A stretch of DNA of 24,180 nt from Candidatus Altimarinota bacterium (GTDB taxonomy: Bacteria; Patescibacteriota; Gracilibacteria; Absconditabacterales; Absconditicoccaceae): the NCBI GenBank assembly GCA_015489035.1, contig WFMP01000074.1:1-24180 (forward strand), written 5' to 3'. The position numbers were made by a program, and so were the translations under genes. How positions within the stretch are numbered: the stretch's first letter is position 1; the number at the start of each line of letters is the position of its first letter. The notes beneath the pieces were generated by a model that made no database searches, was not told the origin of the DNA, and saw only the letters and a program-made list of their open reading frames with translations. Shown here piece by piece: positions 24,105 through 24,180 of the stretch.

Positions 24105-24180
24105 TAGATAAGTAATCCATCTCCACGTTCTCGTAGAGATACCTTGTTACGACTTCACCCCAGTCATCAATTTTCTCCTC
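24105..24180 (-). rRNA. rrs: 16S rRNA, 3'-terminal ~76 nt (rest outside window)
   Basis: Minus strand TGATGACTGGGGTGAAGTCGTAACAAGGTA (universal 1492 region), helix 45, then GGAT. The 3' end is placed by alignment to E. coli 1542. Confidence 0.95.

Overview
A very AT-rich bacterial core-genome window in which TGA encodes glycine (translation table 25). Table 25 points to Gracilibacteria or Absconditabacteria/SR1 (Patescibacteria/CPR). The supplied standard-code ORF track is therefore mostly fragments and antisense artefacts, and I re-translated all genes by hand with TGA=Gly. Left part (1-11 kb), mostly minus strand: HD hydrolase, lysA, ABC exporter, yaaA, GIY-YIG nuclease, cutA (+), NadD-like nucleotidyltransferase, apt, a 715-aa secreted amidase-SpoIID/LytB fusion, a Holliday-resolvase-like nuclease, tRNA-His/Cys (+), two CPR-type pilins and a family-4 UDG. 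Right part (11-24 kb) is one co-oriented minus-strand information-processing block: 16S 3' end, tRNA array with embedded rpsT, rplJL, rpsB, membrane protein, tsf, rpsF-ssb-rpsR-rpmH, rpoBC. Main signals: (1) The 16S tail has lost the anti-Shine-Dalgarno (GGAUUACUUAUCUA instead of GGAUCACCUCCUUA). No gene has an SD, and two genes carry a motif complementary to the new tail. (2) The 16S is not followed by 23S. (3) The initiator tRNA has U1:A72. (4) A two-activity peptidoglycan hydrolase lies near an orphan lysA. (5) Several candidate leader RNAs or attenuators. No CRISPR, IS or prophage is evident. Family assignments come from motifs recognised by eye; no database was searched.
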